Part shown: positions 20,493-30,089 of the stretch, one piece after another
Position numbering within the stretch: position 1 is the stretch's first letter
Layout of the letters: every line of letters starts with the position of its first letter
Source: Candidatus Heimdallarchaeota archaeon
GTDB lineage: Archaea > Asgardarchaeota > Heimdallarchaeia > Heimdallarchaeales > Heimdallarchaeaceae
Length of the DNA: 64,000 nt
NCBI GenBank assembly: GCA_019057815.1
Contig: JAHLWR010000003.1
Span: 128,001-192,000 of the forward strand
Reading direction: 5' to 3'
Notes under the pieces: generated by a model
The model's database searches: none
What the model was told of the DNA's origin: nothing
Seen by the model: the letters and a program-made list of their open reading frames with translations, nothing else
Program-made: the position numbers and the translations under genes

Positions 20493-21511
20493 GAACGTAA
20501 CGTAAATATTTTTGATAATTCTTCAAAAGAATCAGCTGCGGATTTGTGTTCTTCAAAATCAAGAAATAATGTTCTATTTGGAAGTTTGAATATTATGCTA
20601 GCATTATTAGTCGTCATAATAAATTGAGAAAATAACTTAGTATTATACAAATATGAAAATCCTTCTTCTCCTGCCTTGAAAGAATCGCATAGAATTTTAT
20701 GTTTGTGTTTTTCTTTATCTTTCTTTAGGGATTCTAAAGAGCGTCTGGAATAGATTTCTATGTCTGTTGGGTTAAACCTTTCAAAGAAAGTATCCTTTAG
20801 TTGCTGGTTTGACTTTGTTTTAAATTCCTTGAAAGTGGAAACGTTGAAATCTTCTATTTTTATAGCTATTACAATAAAAACGTAGGGTAGACTAATTGTC
20901 AGTATTAGTGAACCTTCAAGAGATAGATGATATGCTATTCCCAATTTAGAATTCCATAAAGAGGCAGTTATTTTTCGTAGACACTTACTAAATAAGTGAA
21001 ATATGGCGAAACTGTCAAAATTATAGTTTTGTTCATGGGCTTGTACTACCAAAGTTTCTAAAGAATCTGAATAAATACCAAAAGCCTTTGATATTTTACT
21101 CTTTTCAAAAAATAATTCATTTGCTATATAGATCCCACATCGATCTAGTATTTTTCTGCATATACATTGAAAACCTCTGAAAACACTGACTTGACCTCGA
21201 AAGGCTACAAGTTGTTCTCTGTAGAGAGAGAGAAATTCATTGGAAATTTTTGTAATAAGATATTCTGCATACTCATAAGGCATATTATCTGAAATTTGAA
21301 AAATAAATACTAAATCCTCAGCTAATGACAAAATAAATTGACTTTCTTCGAGAATTACTCTTGAAATTTTCTCCTTTTCAGTTTCTTCTGCAAAACGTAA
21401 AAATCCTGCTAATAACCCCGAAACTAGAACTTCATCTCCTCTGGTATAATCTTCAAAATCAAAAAGTGGAATACCATCAGCTGTTATTATAAGGATTCGT
21501 TTGATCAACAT
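20489..21511 (-). CDS. Longin-domain protein (possibly multi-longin)
   Basis: ILIITADGIPLF..LVSGLLAGFLRFAEE..KISNEFLSLY...FRGF. Confidence 0.65.
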   Translation of the reverse strand: MLIKRILIITADGIPLFDFEDYTRGDEVLVSGLLAGFLRFAEETEKEKISRVILEESQFILSLAEDLVFIFQISDNMPYEYAEYLITKISNEFLSLYREQLVAFRGQVSVFRGFQCICRKILDRCGIYIANELFFEKSKISKAFGIYSDSLETLVVQAHEQNYNFDSFAIFHLFSKCLRKITASLWNSKLGIAYHLSLEGSLILTISLPYVFIVIAIKIEDFNVSTFKEFKTKSNQQLKDTFFERFNPTDIEIYSRRSLESLKKDKEKHKHKILCDSFKAGEEGFSYLYNTKLFSQFIMTTNNASIIFKLPNRTLFLDFEEHKSAADSFEELSKIFTLRS

Positions 21512-22405
21512 CTAATTCTCCCCCTCTAATTTTAAACTGTGGAGAGTGTATCGTATATCTGTTAAACCTGGAGGTCTCCCAATTATCTTTTGATTTGCAA
21601 GAATAGATTGTATCTTTACTTCAAGATCTTTGATTGAAGTAAAAGAATAAGGTTCTTTGAAAAAGACATATTCATGATGGTATAATGATAATAGATATTG
21701 ATTCAAGATTGCGTGATTTAAACAAATGTAGAAGTTTGATTCTCCAATTTGAACTCTGTTGTTCTTTTTATGTGTAAGATAATCCAATTTTCTGGAAGCG
21801 ATAAGAATTAAACGATTCAAGTAATTCGAATTAGATTCTGTAAAAATTTCATGGGTACCAAAAATGATAAATTTACCTCTCCTCTTTCTTGCTACAAGAA
21901 TAACGGGTTTACTATCCATTAGAGCAAGAGGTGTATAACTCTTAATCCCGCTTTCTTTCATAAAATGATGTTCAGATTTGTAATCAATTACACGTGATTT
22001 ATTTATTAAAAGTTTAGAGCCGAGTAATCGTGTTTCGTATGGGATTCTAGGGAGTCCATAAACGAATTGTTCAGAGAGATTTATTCCAAGTTCCCATCTC
22101 AATGCTTCAAACCATCGACCTAATTCAAGTGATGCTTGAGGTCGTGGAAGAGTTAAAATCAAACACCCTCCTATATCAATATAAGAAATTAGCTCCAGAT
22201 ACAAATCTTGAGAAATTTTCTTTCGAGGGAGAGTAATAAATAGAATGTGGGATTTTTCTAAGATGGATCTTTCTAATCCAGTACCATAAAACCGTTTCTT
22301 AATGATTTTGAATTTTACTTGAGCTACATCTTGATTAATGAGACTTATTATTTCCTTTGCTTTGATTTCTTCATCGAGTGACATATCTACTGTGCAAAGT
22401 CTCAT
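21512..22405 (-). CDS. GIFT/IFT52-like (GATase-like fold) protein
   Basis: ILFITLPRKKIS...YIDIGGCLIL...LGINL...PVILVA...GKFIIFG..EIF..N. Confidence 0.55.
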   Translation of the reverse strand: MRLCTVDMSLDEEIKAKEIISLINQDVAQVKFKIIKKRFYGTGLERSILEKSHILFITLPRKKISQDLYLELISYIDIGGCLILTLPRPQASLELGRWFEALRWELGINLSEQFVYGLPRIPYETRLLGSKLLINKSRVIDYKSEHHFMKESGIKSYTPLALMDSKPVILVARKRRGKFIIFGTHEIFTESNSNYLNRLILIASRKLDYLTHKKNNRVQIGESNFYICLNHAILNQYLLSLYHHEYVFFKEPYSFTSIKDLEVKIQSILANQKIIGRPPGLTDIRYTLHSLKLEGEN

Positions 22406-22451
22406 TGAATAATTGTATAAACATCCGAATATAAATTTATTTGGAGTTAAG

Positions 22452-23540
22452 TTATTGTTTAGTTTTTTTAATCTGCTCTGTATCTTTCAAACTTTTCCTA
22501 AGAGTTCTTCGTAATTTTCTAGCAGCTGTATTTTCAGGATGATGAACTAGGGACTTACTTACTTCATTATAAGCTTCTTCATAATTTTCTTTGGCTTTGA
22601 AACATATAGCTCGAAGAAGATGAGCTCTGGAGTTCAAATGAGGAGTGCTAGTATGATGTTGAGTTGTATATTCAATTATCTTTGCAGTAGTAGCTAATGT
22701 ATTATCAAAATCATGCTTTTTTACGTACATTCCAGCTAGTTTAGATAAGATACCAATGTTATAAGAGTCTACTTCTCGTAAATATCTCTCTAAAAGTTCA
22801 ATTCCTTTCTCTTCTAAATCAATAACTGTATAATAATTAACTGCTTTAATTATCAGATTCGCTTTTAAAACACCGTCAAAATTCATTGTCTGATAGTAGA
22901 CTAATAAAAATGTTCCTATTCCTAAAAGAAGAGCTACAACTTGTGATGATATAAGTAAAGCATCTTTGGATACAAGAGCAGAATTGATAGGGAGAAATAT
23001 TACTGCAATGCTGATAATAGATGTTATTGAGATCCAAATCCAAAAACTTCTTCCAAAAAGTATTTGAAATTGATTCTTTTTAGCTATTTTTTCATCTTCT
23101 CCTTCAAGTAAGGGGAAAATTCGAAGAGTATCTGTTACTGTGATGTTACCAGCAAATTCTAGAAACTCTAGAGTTATTAAAGCAGCGCAATTAAATAACA
23201 AAATAGTCCTTGCTTCAGTATTAGGTTCAATGTATCTAGATAAGAAAAGAATATTTTGGATAATTATTGAAAATAGATTATAATTTCTTAATGTTTTAAT
23301 AACTGATAAATAAATGGACTTAGTATATTGGACTTGTTTAGGTAATGGTCTTACACGAAGTCTTGAGATTCCCCAACCAATTATTAATAAAATTAATGCT
23401 GGAAAGGTTATCCAAGCTAAAGTATCTGGAGAACGAACATCAGAAAAGGACAATATGATAGCTATTGTTCCTAAAATTAAAACAACCAAATCTTCATTAG
23501 AGACTGTCATATCGTAATCAGTTTGAAACATTCCAATCAC
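22452..23540 (-). CDS. Multi-pass membrane protein with C-terminal TPRs
   Basis: About 6 hydrophobic segments, then TPR-like helices (AHLLRAICFKAKENYEEAYNEVSKSLVHHPEN). Confidence 0.7.
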   Translation of the reverse strand: MIGMFQTDYDMTVSNEDLVVLILGTIAIILSFSDVRSPDTLAWITFPALILLIIGWGISRLRVRPLPKQVQYTKSIYLSVIKTLRNYNLFSIIIQNILFLSRYIEPNTEARTILLFNCAALITLEFLEFAGNITVTDTLRIFPLLEGEDEKIAKKNQFQILFGRSFWIWISITSIISIAVIFLPINSALVSKDALLISSQVVALLLGIGTFLLVYYQTMNFDGVLKANLIIKAVNYYTVIDLEEKGIELLERYLREVDSYNIGILSKLAGMYVKKHDFDNTLATTAKIIEYTTQHHTSTPHLNSRAHLLRAICFKAKENYEEAYNEVSKSLVHHPENTAARKLRRTLRKSLKDTEQIKKTKQ

Positions 23541-23637
23541 TGTTGCTAATTATTTCAAGTTTTCAGATATTGATAAACATAACGGAAGGATTATTTAAGA
23601 AGAGGATAAGTTTTTATTTGTCCTTGAGTATTTTCTT

Positions 23638-24015
23638 TTGATGTTTTCCAAAAAGAACGATAATCATAAAGCGATTATGTTGAAAGAAGATATACAACAA
23701 AATGTTGCTCTAAAACAGGCAGAAACTCTGAGTCTTATAGAAATTGACGACCCAAGCAATCTTGTATGTTATCACAAAGTTTGTCATAAACCTCCTTCTT
23801 ATTTAATTGGTGCGCTTATACCTGGCATTTGGATAAAGAACAGTGGAGATAATAAATTAATACCATTCATTTATGTTTCTTGCATTGAACACAGGTTAAA
23901 ACTCATTGATGCTTTACCTAGAAAGACATTAACTGTAATCTTGCAAGATATATCAGGAGATTCATATAAATTGATCAAGAATATACTTGAAAATACTGCA
24001 AAAGAAATTCTGTAG
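23638..24015 (+). CDS. Small hypothetical protein, possible Zn site (CYHKVC...CIEH)
   Basis: ORF with Cys/His pairs. Confidence 0.5.
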   Translation: MMFSKKNDNHKAIMLKEDIQQNVALKQAETLSLIEIDDPSNLVCYHKVCHKPPSYLIGALIPGIWIKNSGDNKLIPFIYVSCIEHRLKLIDALPRKTLTVILQDISGDSYKLIKNILENTAKEIL

Positions 24016-24020
24016 TATGT

Positions 24021-26651
24021 TTATTTTTTTATTCTTTTCTTTTTGACTGGTTGTTCAACATATTTTGTGATGTTGAGTGCTATTTTCTCTAATTCTTTTT
24101 GTTCTAGAACTCTAGCCAGTCGCTTTATTGCTTCCAAATGATGTACTACTGAATCAAGGTAAGAATAGATATCTCCTGGATACAATTGAATATTAAAGTC
24201 TTTTCTAATTGCGTCACTTATCATAGTTGGGGAATAACCCTTCATCCTATAGTCTATGAGTATCTTTGAGAAGTTTATTTCCCCACAGTCACAAAAAGGC
24301 ATGTCTAAACATTTACAATTGAAGATATGCTTGGACCAAATAGCAAAAGTTTCCATAATTAATTTTGTGGGAGATTTAGATCCCCAACCATTACCTAAAT
24401 AAAGATCTCCAATAGCTCCTGAAAATATGTTTGTTGATATTCGTGTTTTCAAAACCCTTTCAATTTCTCCTTGGATTTTTGGAGATAAGTGAGCTGATCT
24501 AAAAGTCTGAATTTTAACAGCTAATGTTAAAGCAAAATCATCGGAGTAACCTTTTCTTATTTGTCTTTTAATTTCTTGCACTAATCTCAAGGCGTAAGAT
24601 GGGGCTAGAAATGATTGTGAAACAGCTTTACCTAAGTTGGTAGCATAGATATTCTTATTTTCAACATATATCATTTTCATTTTCTTTAAAACTCTCATCA
24701 CATCGCTAATAGGAGATGATTTACCTATAAAATTAGCAAAAACTTTCTTATCTCTTGAAATATTGAATATTTTGTGTGAAACAACCGTAGCCAATACTTC
24801 TTCCTCCTCTTGTAAAGTATCAAGTTCTGGGTTTACATCTTCGATTGGCTTTGTTAACAAATCAAATGCTATTTGCTCTTCAGTAGCATCTTGTCCAACG
24901 AATATTTTCCTTCCAGGTTCGACAAGCAAATACACTTTACCCTTGTCATGATAACCTAATCTTCCAGCTCTTCCAAGAATTTGATGAAATTCCGTTACTG
25001 TAAGCCATGATATACCCATAGCAAGATTCTCAAAAATAACTAATGAAGCTGGAAAATCTACACCTACACCTAGAGCTATTGTAGTTGCTACTGTAGAAAT
25101 CATTCCTTTTTCAAATCCTCTTTCAACTTTTTTTCTCTTATTGAAAGTTAATCCAGCATGATAATAGGACGCCTTTACTCCTTCACTTTTTAGTTTCTTG
25201 GCAAGTTTCTCGCAGTTTCTTCTAGAATTTGTAAAAACTAATGTTTGACCTTTAAAACCAGTACTAGAAACTATTTTTTCTTCTGCTTTGCATAAATCTA
25301 CTAAATATCTTATTCTCTGATCTTCAGTATCAGTAAGAATAGTGTGAAGTTCTAATGGTACTGGTCGACCGAGGTATTTTACACATGTTGCAGATAATTG
25401 CTTTGCTAGCTCGTCAGGATTACCTACAGTTGCAGATAAGTAAATGAATTGAGCTTTAGGAAAGTGAGATTTTAGTCGAGCTATCAGACCATTTAAACGA
25501 AAGCCTCTACCCTCTGACATCAGCATTTGAATTTCATCAATAACTATTGTTCCTATGTTCCCTAATTCGCTAGATTTTTCACTTCTTAAAAGAAAATCAA
25601 AAGCTTCATAGGTTGCTACAACAAAACCAGCTTCTTTGTAATCATTGTCAATAATGGGATTAAATTCTCCCTCAACTTCAATACGACTCATTCCAACGCG
25701 AATTGCGGTTTTAATATTCAATTTCCTGTATCTCTTTCTAAACTGTTCATATTTCTGATTGGTGAGAGCAACTAAAGGAGAGAGATAAATTACTTTTTGA
25801 CCATTTAGAGCTTTTTTGATTCCTGCTAATTCCCCTACAAGAGTTTTTCCTGATGTGGTTCCACCCACAATTAATAAAGGTTCATCGTCAAATAATCCAC
25901 TTTTGATTGCTTTTTCTTGTATGGGGAGCAAAGTTTTGAAACCTTCTGAGATAAGCAAATGTTTCATTCTCTTTGGAAGACCTTTAATGTCTGAAATATT
26001 CACTTGTGTTTTTTGTTTCTTCGCAGGTATAATATCATAAAGCGTTGATTCGGGATTCTTTACAGGATCTAGTTCTAAACCCAATGTGATTGAGTCTAAT
26101 ACATCATCAAGATTTTGAGTTCTTTGAGCTTGTTTTTGGTAAAATTTTGTTAAACCAGTAGATACAACTAGATTCTGTTTCTGCAATTCACTTTGTAATT
26201 CTTTTTTACTACAAAACTCGCAAATACGGAAATTCTTATACTTTACAGATTGATCATCAAGAGAAGTCCAAGTATTCCGATGCATCAAACAATACCAACA
26301 CACTTTTGCGACTTTGGGTTTGGAAATTTTGAAGGTTTTACAATATTCTATGAAACTTTTATAATTCCAAGGTAAATCTGTATCTGAAACAAGAAGATAT
26401 TTTGCTTCACGCAAGTGCTCTGTAGCGACTTTAGGTCGAATGTAAACGCTTGAGCTTAATCCTAATCTTGAGTAACGGGATACTCTTAGATAGTCTTTTT
26501 CATATACAAATTGAAGTCGCATCTTAACTAAGGGATTTTTGCTATCTCTTTTTGTATCTATATAAAAATAAACTATATCAGTTGATAATTTAGATTTGTT
26601 CCAATTCAATAAAAAGGCAACGTAAGGTTTACGTAGTTTCATTACTAACAC
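24021..26651 (-). CDS. Archaea-specific Ski2-like helicase (ASH-Ski2/DUF5814 type)
   Basis: TTSGKT, DEIQ, SAT, QILGRAGR; N-terminal CWYC/CEFC and C-terminal CKC..PFCDC clusters. Confidence 0.9.
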   Translation of the reverse strand: MLVMKLRKPYVAFLLNWNKSKLSTDIVYFYIDTKRDSKNPLVKMRLQFVYEKDYLRVSRYSRLGLSSSVYIRPKVATEHLREAKYLLVSDTDLPWNYKSFIEYCKTFKISKPKVAKVCWYCLMHRNTWTSLDDQSVKYKNFRICEFCSKKELQSELQKQNLVVSTGLTKFYQKQAQRTQNLDDVLDSITLGLELDPVKNPESTLYDIIPAKKQKTQVNISDIKGLPKRMKHLLISEGFKTLLPIQEKAIKSGLFDDEPLLIVGGTTSGKTLVGELAGIKKALNGQKVIYLSPLVALTNQKYEQFRKRYRKLNIKTAIRVGMSRIEVEGEFNPIIDNDYKEAGFVVATYEAFDFLLRSEKSSELGNIGTIVIDEIQMLMSEGRGFRLNGLIARLKSHFPKAQFIYLSATVGNPDELAKQLSATCVKYLGRPVPLELHTILTDTEDQRIRYLVDLCKAEEKIVSSTGFKGQTLVFTNSRRNCEKLAKKLKSEGVKASYYHAGLTFNKRKKVERGFEKGMISTVATTIALGVGVDFPASLVIFENLAMGISWLTVTEFHQILGRAGRLGYHDKGKVYLLVEPGRKIFVGQDATEEQIAFDLLTKPIEDVNPELDTLQEEEEVLATVVSHKIFNISRDKKVFANFIGKSSPISDVMRVLKKMKMIYVENKNIYATNLGKAVSQSFLAPSYALRLVQEIKRQIRKGYSDDFALTLAVKIQTFRSAHLSPKIQGEIERVLKTRISTNIFSGAIGDLYLGNGWGSKSPTKLIMETFAIWSKHIFNCKCLDMPFCDCGEINFSKILIDYRMKGYSPTMISDAIRKDFNIQLYPGDIYSYLDSVVHHLEAIKRLARVLEQKELEKIALNITKYVEQPVKKKRIKK

Positions 26652-26691
26652 CCTATGGGATTACTTGATTTGATTTGTATTAATTAGGTGC

Positions 26692-27246
26692 TTATTTTTT
26701 GGGTTCTTGCATGTTGTGACCGCAACTATTACAGAATTTAGTTGTTACAGAAACTTTTGTTTCACAATCAGGACATGAGATTATAAGAGGTTTCCCACAT
26801 AGTTTGCAAAAATTAAGAGCTGGAACTTCTTCAAAGCAATGAGGGCAGACTATCAGTTCAATGCCTTTCGTTTTTGGAGTCTTCTTTTTTGTTTCAGAAG
26901 GAACCTTCAACCATTGGGGTTTTGATGGTTGGTAACTGTTTGCTTGTGTATTAACTGAAGACCCAGCTTTCTCAATTGGTGTTGTTGGACTGATAGGTAT
27001 AGGTTTAGCTTCTTGGAAAGGTTGAATTGTTACGCTTGAAGGAACTGAGATATAGTTCATTGCTGAAGGATCAATTTCAAAAATATACTTCAAAATATTT
27101 GATTCTTCTGGAACAGTAATCTTATTTTTTTGCTGTAGTAGAAGAGCAAGAGTAAGAAAATCCTTCGCATCTTGCTGATCAGAGCCACACATAGAGCAAA
27201 TCTTGGATTCTTCGGGAATCTCTTCCCAACAGGCTAAACACTTCAT
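26692..27246 (-). CDS. Multi zinc-ribbon (DZR) protein
   Basis: Six CxxC motifs separated by a Pro-rich linker. Confidence 0.8.
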   Translation of the reverse strand: MKCLACWEEIPEESKICSMCGSDQQDAKDFLTLALLLQQKNKITVPEESNILKYIFEIDPSAMNYISVPSSVTIQPFQEAKPIPISPTTPIEKAGSSVNTQANSYQPSKPQWLKVPSETKKKTPKTKGIELIVCPHCFEEVPALNFCKLCGKPLIISCPDCETKVSVTTKFCNSCGHNMQEPKK

Positions 27247-27453
27247 ACTTACACCTTTCGTTTATTAGTAATTATCTAGACTTTTGCACTCATCTAGAAG
27301 ATAATCTCTGTTTTAATTCGTTCTTAAGCTATTATAAAACTTACTTTCATGTAATTTGTCTGAATGATGGTGAAAGTAAGAAGAAAAACTATTGATTTCC
27401 ACAAGCAAATTTAAAAATATATGACTGATTGGTACAACATAAAGTGAAATAAT

Positions 27454-27846
27454 ATGGCGAAAAAGGTTAAGAAAATTAAGTGCAAGAAATGTGGAACTGA
27501 ATGGCTACCCTTGGAAGTACCAACAAATAAGGAATGGACAAAAGTGGCACCGATGCCTGATTCAAAAGGTAATGTGACAATAACCCTTATGGCTACTTGG
27601 AATTGCCCTGGATGTGGGAAAAGCAAAATGGGTGCAAAAAGTAAAACTAAGGGTGAATTCAAAGAAGAAGATACTAAAAAGTACAAAGTTAAAAGCGCTA
27701 TTCTATCTGGTGATAAAATCGATCTACCTAAGCTTGCAGAAGAATCAGGCGTTTCTGTAGAAAATTTGCGCAAAATTATTCCTCTGTACCAGAAGAAGCA
27801 CAATGTCAAAGGGAAGATTAAAGGAAATTACTATATCCCAGAATAA
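27454..27846 (+). CDS. Cren7-like zinc ribbon fused to a PCI-type winged helix
   Basis: CKKCG...W..VAPMPDSKGNVTITLMATWNCPGCG, then IDLPKLAEESGVSVENL...VKGKI. Confidence 0.55.
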   Translation: MAKKVKKIKCKKCGTEWLPLEVPTNKEWTKVAPMPDSKGNVTITLMATWNCPGCGKSKMGAKSKTKGEFKEEDTKKYKVKSAILSGDKIDLPKLAEESGVSVENLRKIIPLYQKKHNVKGKIKGNYYIPE

Positions 27847-27912
27847 ACACTCTTGCAAAAACTTTTAAATCAGAATTTAAATCTCCAAAACAGACGAAAA
27901 GAAGTGAAAATA

Positions 27913-28137
27913 ATGGCAGTTACTGGTTATGCTGGAATCTTTGCAGGTGGATGGTTAACATTTATGCTTGTTATATTCACAATATTGACAATTGCTTCAA
28001 TCATCTGGTTAATATTGTACGTTGAAATGTCTCAAAACAAAACCTGGAAAATGACACTTTCTATTGCTATAATTACTGCAATATCAACAGCCATGGAAAT
28101 TCAATTAATTCTGATTAAGAGTAATGTAATCTTTTGA
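27913..28137 (+). CDS. TMEM258/OST5-like two-TM protein
   Basis: 74 aa, two TMs joined by WLILYVEMSQNKTW, hydrophobic C-terminus. Confidence 0.45.
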   Translation: MAVTGYAGIFAGGWLTFMLVIFTILTIASIIWLILYVEMSQNKTWKMTLSIAIITAISTAMEIQLILIKSNVIF

Positions 28138-28308
28138 TTTCTTCTCCTCTTTTCATTACCATTTTAACTAATTCTGATTTGTTTTCTTTTTGCTAGATTT
28201 AATGATGATTTGGAAGTTATCAGTAAGTGTGATTACGAAAAAATTAAAGAAGAGGGAAACTCATACACCATAAATACTAGCAATCTATGAGCTAATAATT
28301 CCTTTAGT

Positions 28309-29169
28309 GTGATATATATGCCCACCACATTCTATATTGACTACATACCTAATAAAGACTTACAGGCTGAAGTACGACGTCTTGGTCATAAAGGAACCGA
28401 TAAGACAAAACATGTTGCTCAAATGATTGTTACAAAAGCAATTAAAAGTAATAAGTTTTCACAATTGAAGATACGAAGCTTATGGAATACAGCAATGAAA
28501 AATATGTTCTTCAATAATTACTTACGAATGTTCATTTATATTCCAGCTCAACAGTTTGAAACTTCCAAAAAAATCAAAGCATTATTGCAAAGAGAAGTTA
28601 AACCAATTATTGAAGAACTGGAATTGACTGAACCTCAATTCTATATCTCAACAATTACCAAAAAACCCAAACATTTTCTTGTAGCCTTAACATTCGAAAA
28701 AGTTGATAATTTTTCTTCATTCCTAAAAGTTCCACTAGAAAAACAACTGATTCTGACATTTCTACCAGAATTTGGTGTTGCTACTTACTGGCCTATGGAT
28801 AAAGATCAAAAATTGAAATTTGTTATGAAATTATTGCTTTCTACTTTTCAAAAGACATCAGAAATTAAGGTTAATTCTCTACTTTTACGAAAGTACTCTA
28901 CTCAAGAATCAATAAACAAATTGACTATATCAACACCTCAAGAAATTGCAGGTTTTCCTGGATTAGATGTAATAGAATTCAAAGGTGAAGACGTAGTACT
29001 AGGGTTATCTGGTTTAAAGCGAAGACATGATGCTAATGTTGATGTAATTACAAGAGTAGGACCATTCACCGAGATTGAATCTCAATCAATTACGTTAACT
29101 TGTGGAAAAGGAGTCAAGCTGAAAAACTACAATGGGCTTGAATCACTACTTAAAGTGATTAGAACTTAA
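28309..29169 (+). CDS. Hypothetical protein resembling CENP-N/Chl4
   Basis: Colinear by-eye motif matches to recalled CENP-N (see finding). Confidence 0.4.
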   Translation: MIYMPTTFYIDYIPNKDLQAEVRRLGHKGTDKTKHVAQMIVTKAIKSNKFSQLKIRSLWNTAMKNMFFNNYLRMFIYIPAQQFETSKKIKALLQREVKPIIEELELTEPQFYISTITKKPKHFLVALTFEKVDNFSSFLKVPLEKQLILTFLPEFGVATYWPMDKDQKLKFVMKLLLSTFQKTSEIKVNSLLLRKYSTQESINKLTISTPQEIAGFPGLDVIEFKGEDVVLGLSGLKRRHDANVDVITRVGPFTEIESQSITLTCGKGVKLKNYNGLESLLKVIRT

Positions 29170-29247
29170 TTGAACTTAATTATGTTGTAGAGAAACAATT
29201 ATAAAAAAATATCTTTTTTCTATTAATGAATATGAAGAGATTAGAGG

Positions 29248-29811
29248 TTGAAGCTAATGATTGAATTATTGCAAATAAGTAGAGGTGGAAGCGGGGGAGT
29301 AACTGGAGCTAAGATATTGGCCGAAGCTGCGCTATATGAAGGAGTGGAGTCTCAAGCTATTCCAAAATATGGCTCTGAAAGAAGGGGTGCTGCTGTCGAA
29401 GCTTACGTTCGTTTTGATGATAAACCAATAAGAATACATAGCCCCGTGGTTGAGCCTGATATAGCTATGGTTTTGGATACATCACTAATAGATAGGTTGG
29501 ACTTATCGAAAATTAAACAAGACGGGATAATTATTATAAATTCAAAAGAAATCCCCGAAGCTTTCAAAGGGACAAATAGAAAAATTGCTTATGTTGATGC
29601 TACTGCTATCTCATTGAATTTGGGACTAGTAGCAGGAGGATTTACATTAGTTAATACTACAATGCTTGGAGCATTCGCTAAAGCTACAGGTTTAGTAAGT
29701 ATTGAAAATATCATAAAAGGTATAGAACATACACTTAATCCCAGAATAGCTCCCAAGAATGTGGAAGCTACGAAGAAAGCATTTGAGGAAACAAAGGTGG
29801 TAATAGTATGA
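29248..29811 (+). CDS. porC: 2-oxoacid:ferredoxin oxidoreductase gamma subunit
   Basis: RGGSGGVT, YGSERRGA, VNTTMLGA. Confidence 0.93.
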   Translation: MKLMIELLQISRGGSGGVTGAKILAEAALYEGVESQAIPKYGSERRGAAVEAYVRFDDKPIRIHSPVVEPDIAMVLDTSLIDRLDLSKIKQDGIIIINSKEIPEAFKGTNRKIAYVDATAISLNLGLVAGGFTLVNTTMLGAFAKATGLVSIENIIKGIEHTLNPRIAPKNVEATKKAFEETKVVIV

Positions 29812-30089
29812 CCAATGAAGGACCAGAAATGCCAATTTTATACCCAATAGAAGGATCAGCAGGAAGAACTGGTGATTGGAGAATTTTTCGACCAGTTGTA
29901 GATCCAGAAAAATGTAAAAAATGCAATATTTGCTGGCAATATTGCCCAGATTTAGCTATTACAGCAGCAAATAAGGAAGAGGATAAAGCAATTATATATG
30001 ATTATGAATATTGCAAAGGATGTGGAATATGTGCAAAAGAATGTCCATTTGGCGCAATAACTATGGTTAGAGAGGAAGGTGGTGATTAA
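29808..30089 (+). CDS. porD: 2-oxoacid:ferredoxin oxidoreductase delta subunit
   Basis: TGDWR, two CxxCxxCxxxCP motifs. Confidence 0.93.
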   Translation: MTNEGPEMPILYPIEGSAGRTGDWRIFRPVVDPEKCKKCNICWQYCPDLAITAANKEEDKAIIYDYEYCKGCGICAKECPFGAITMVREEGGD

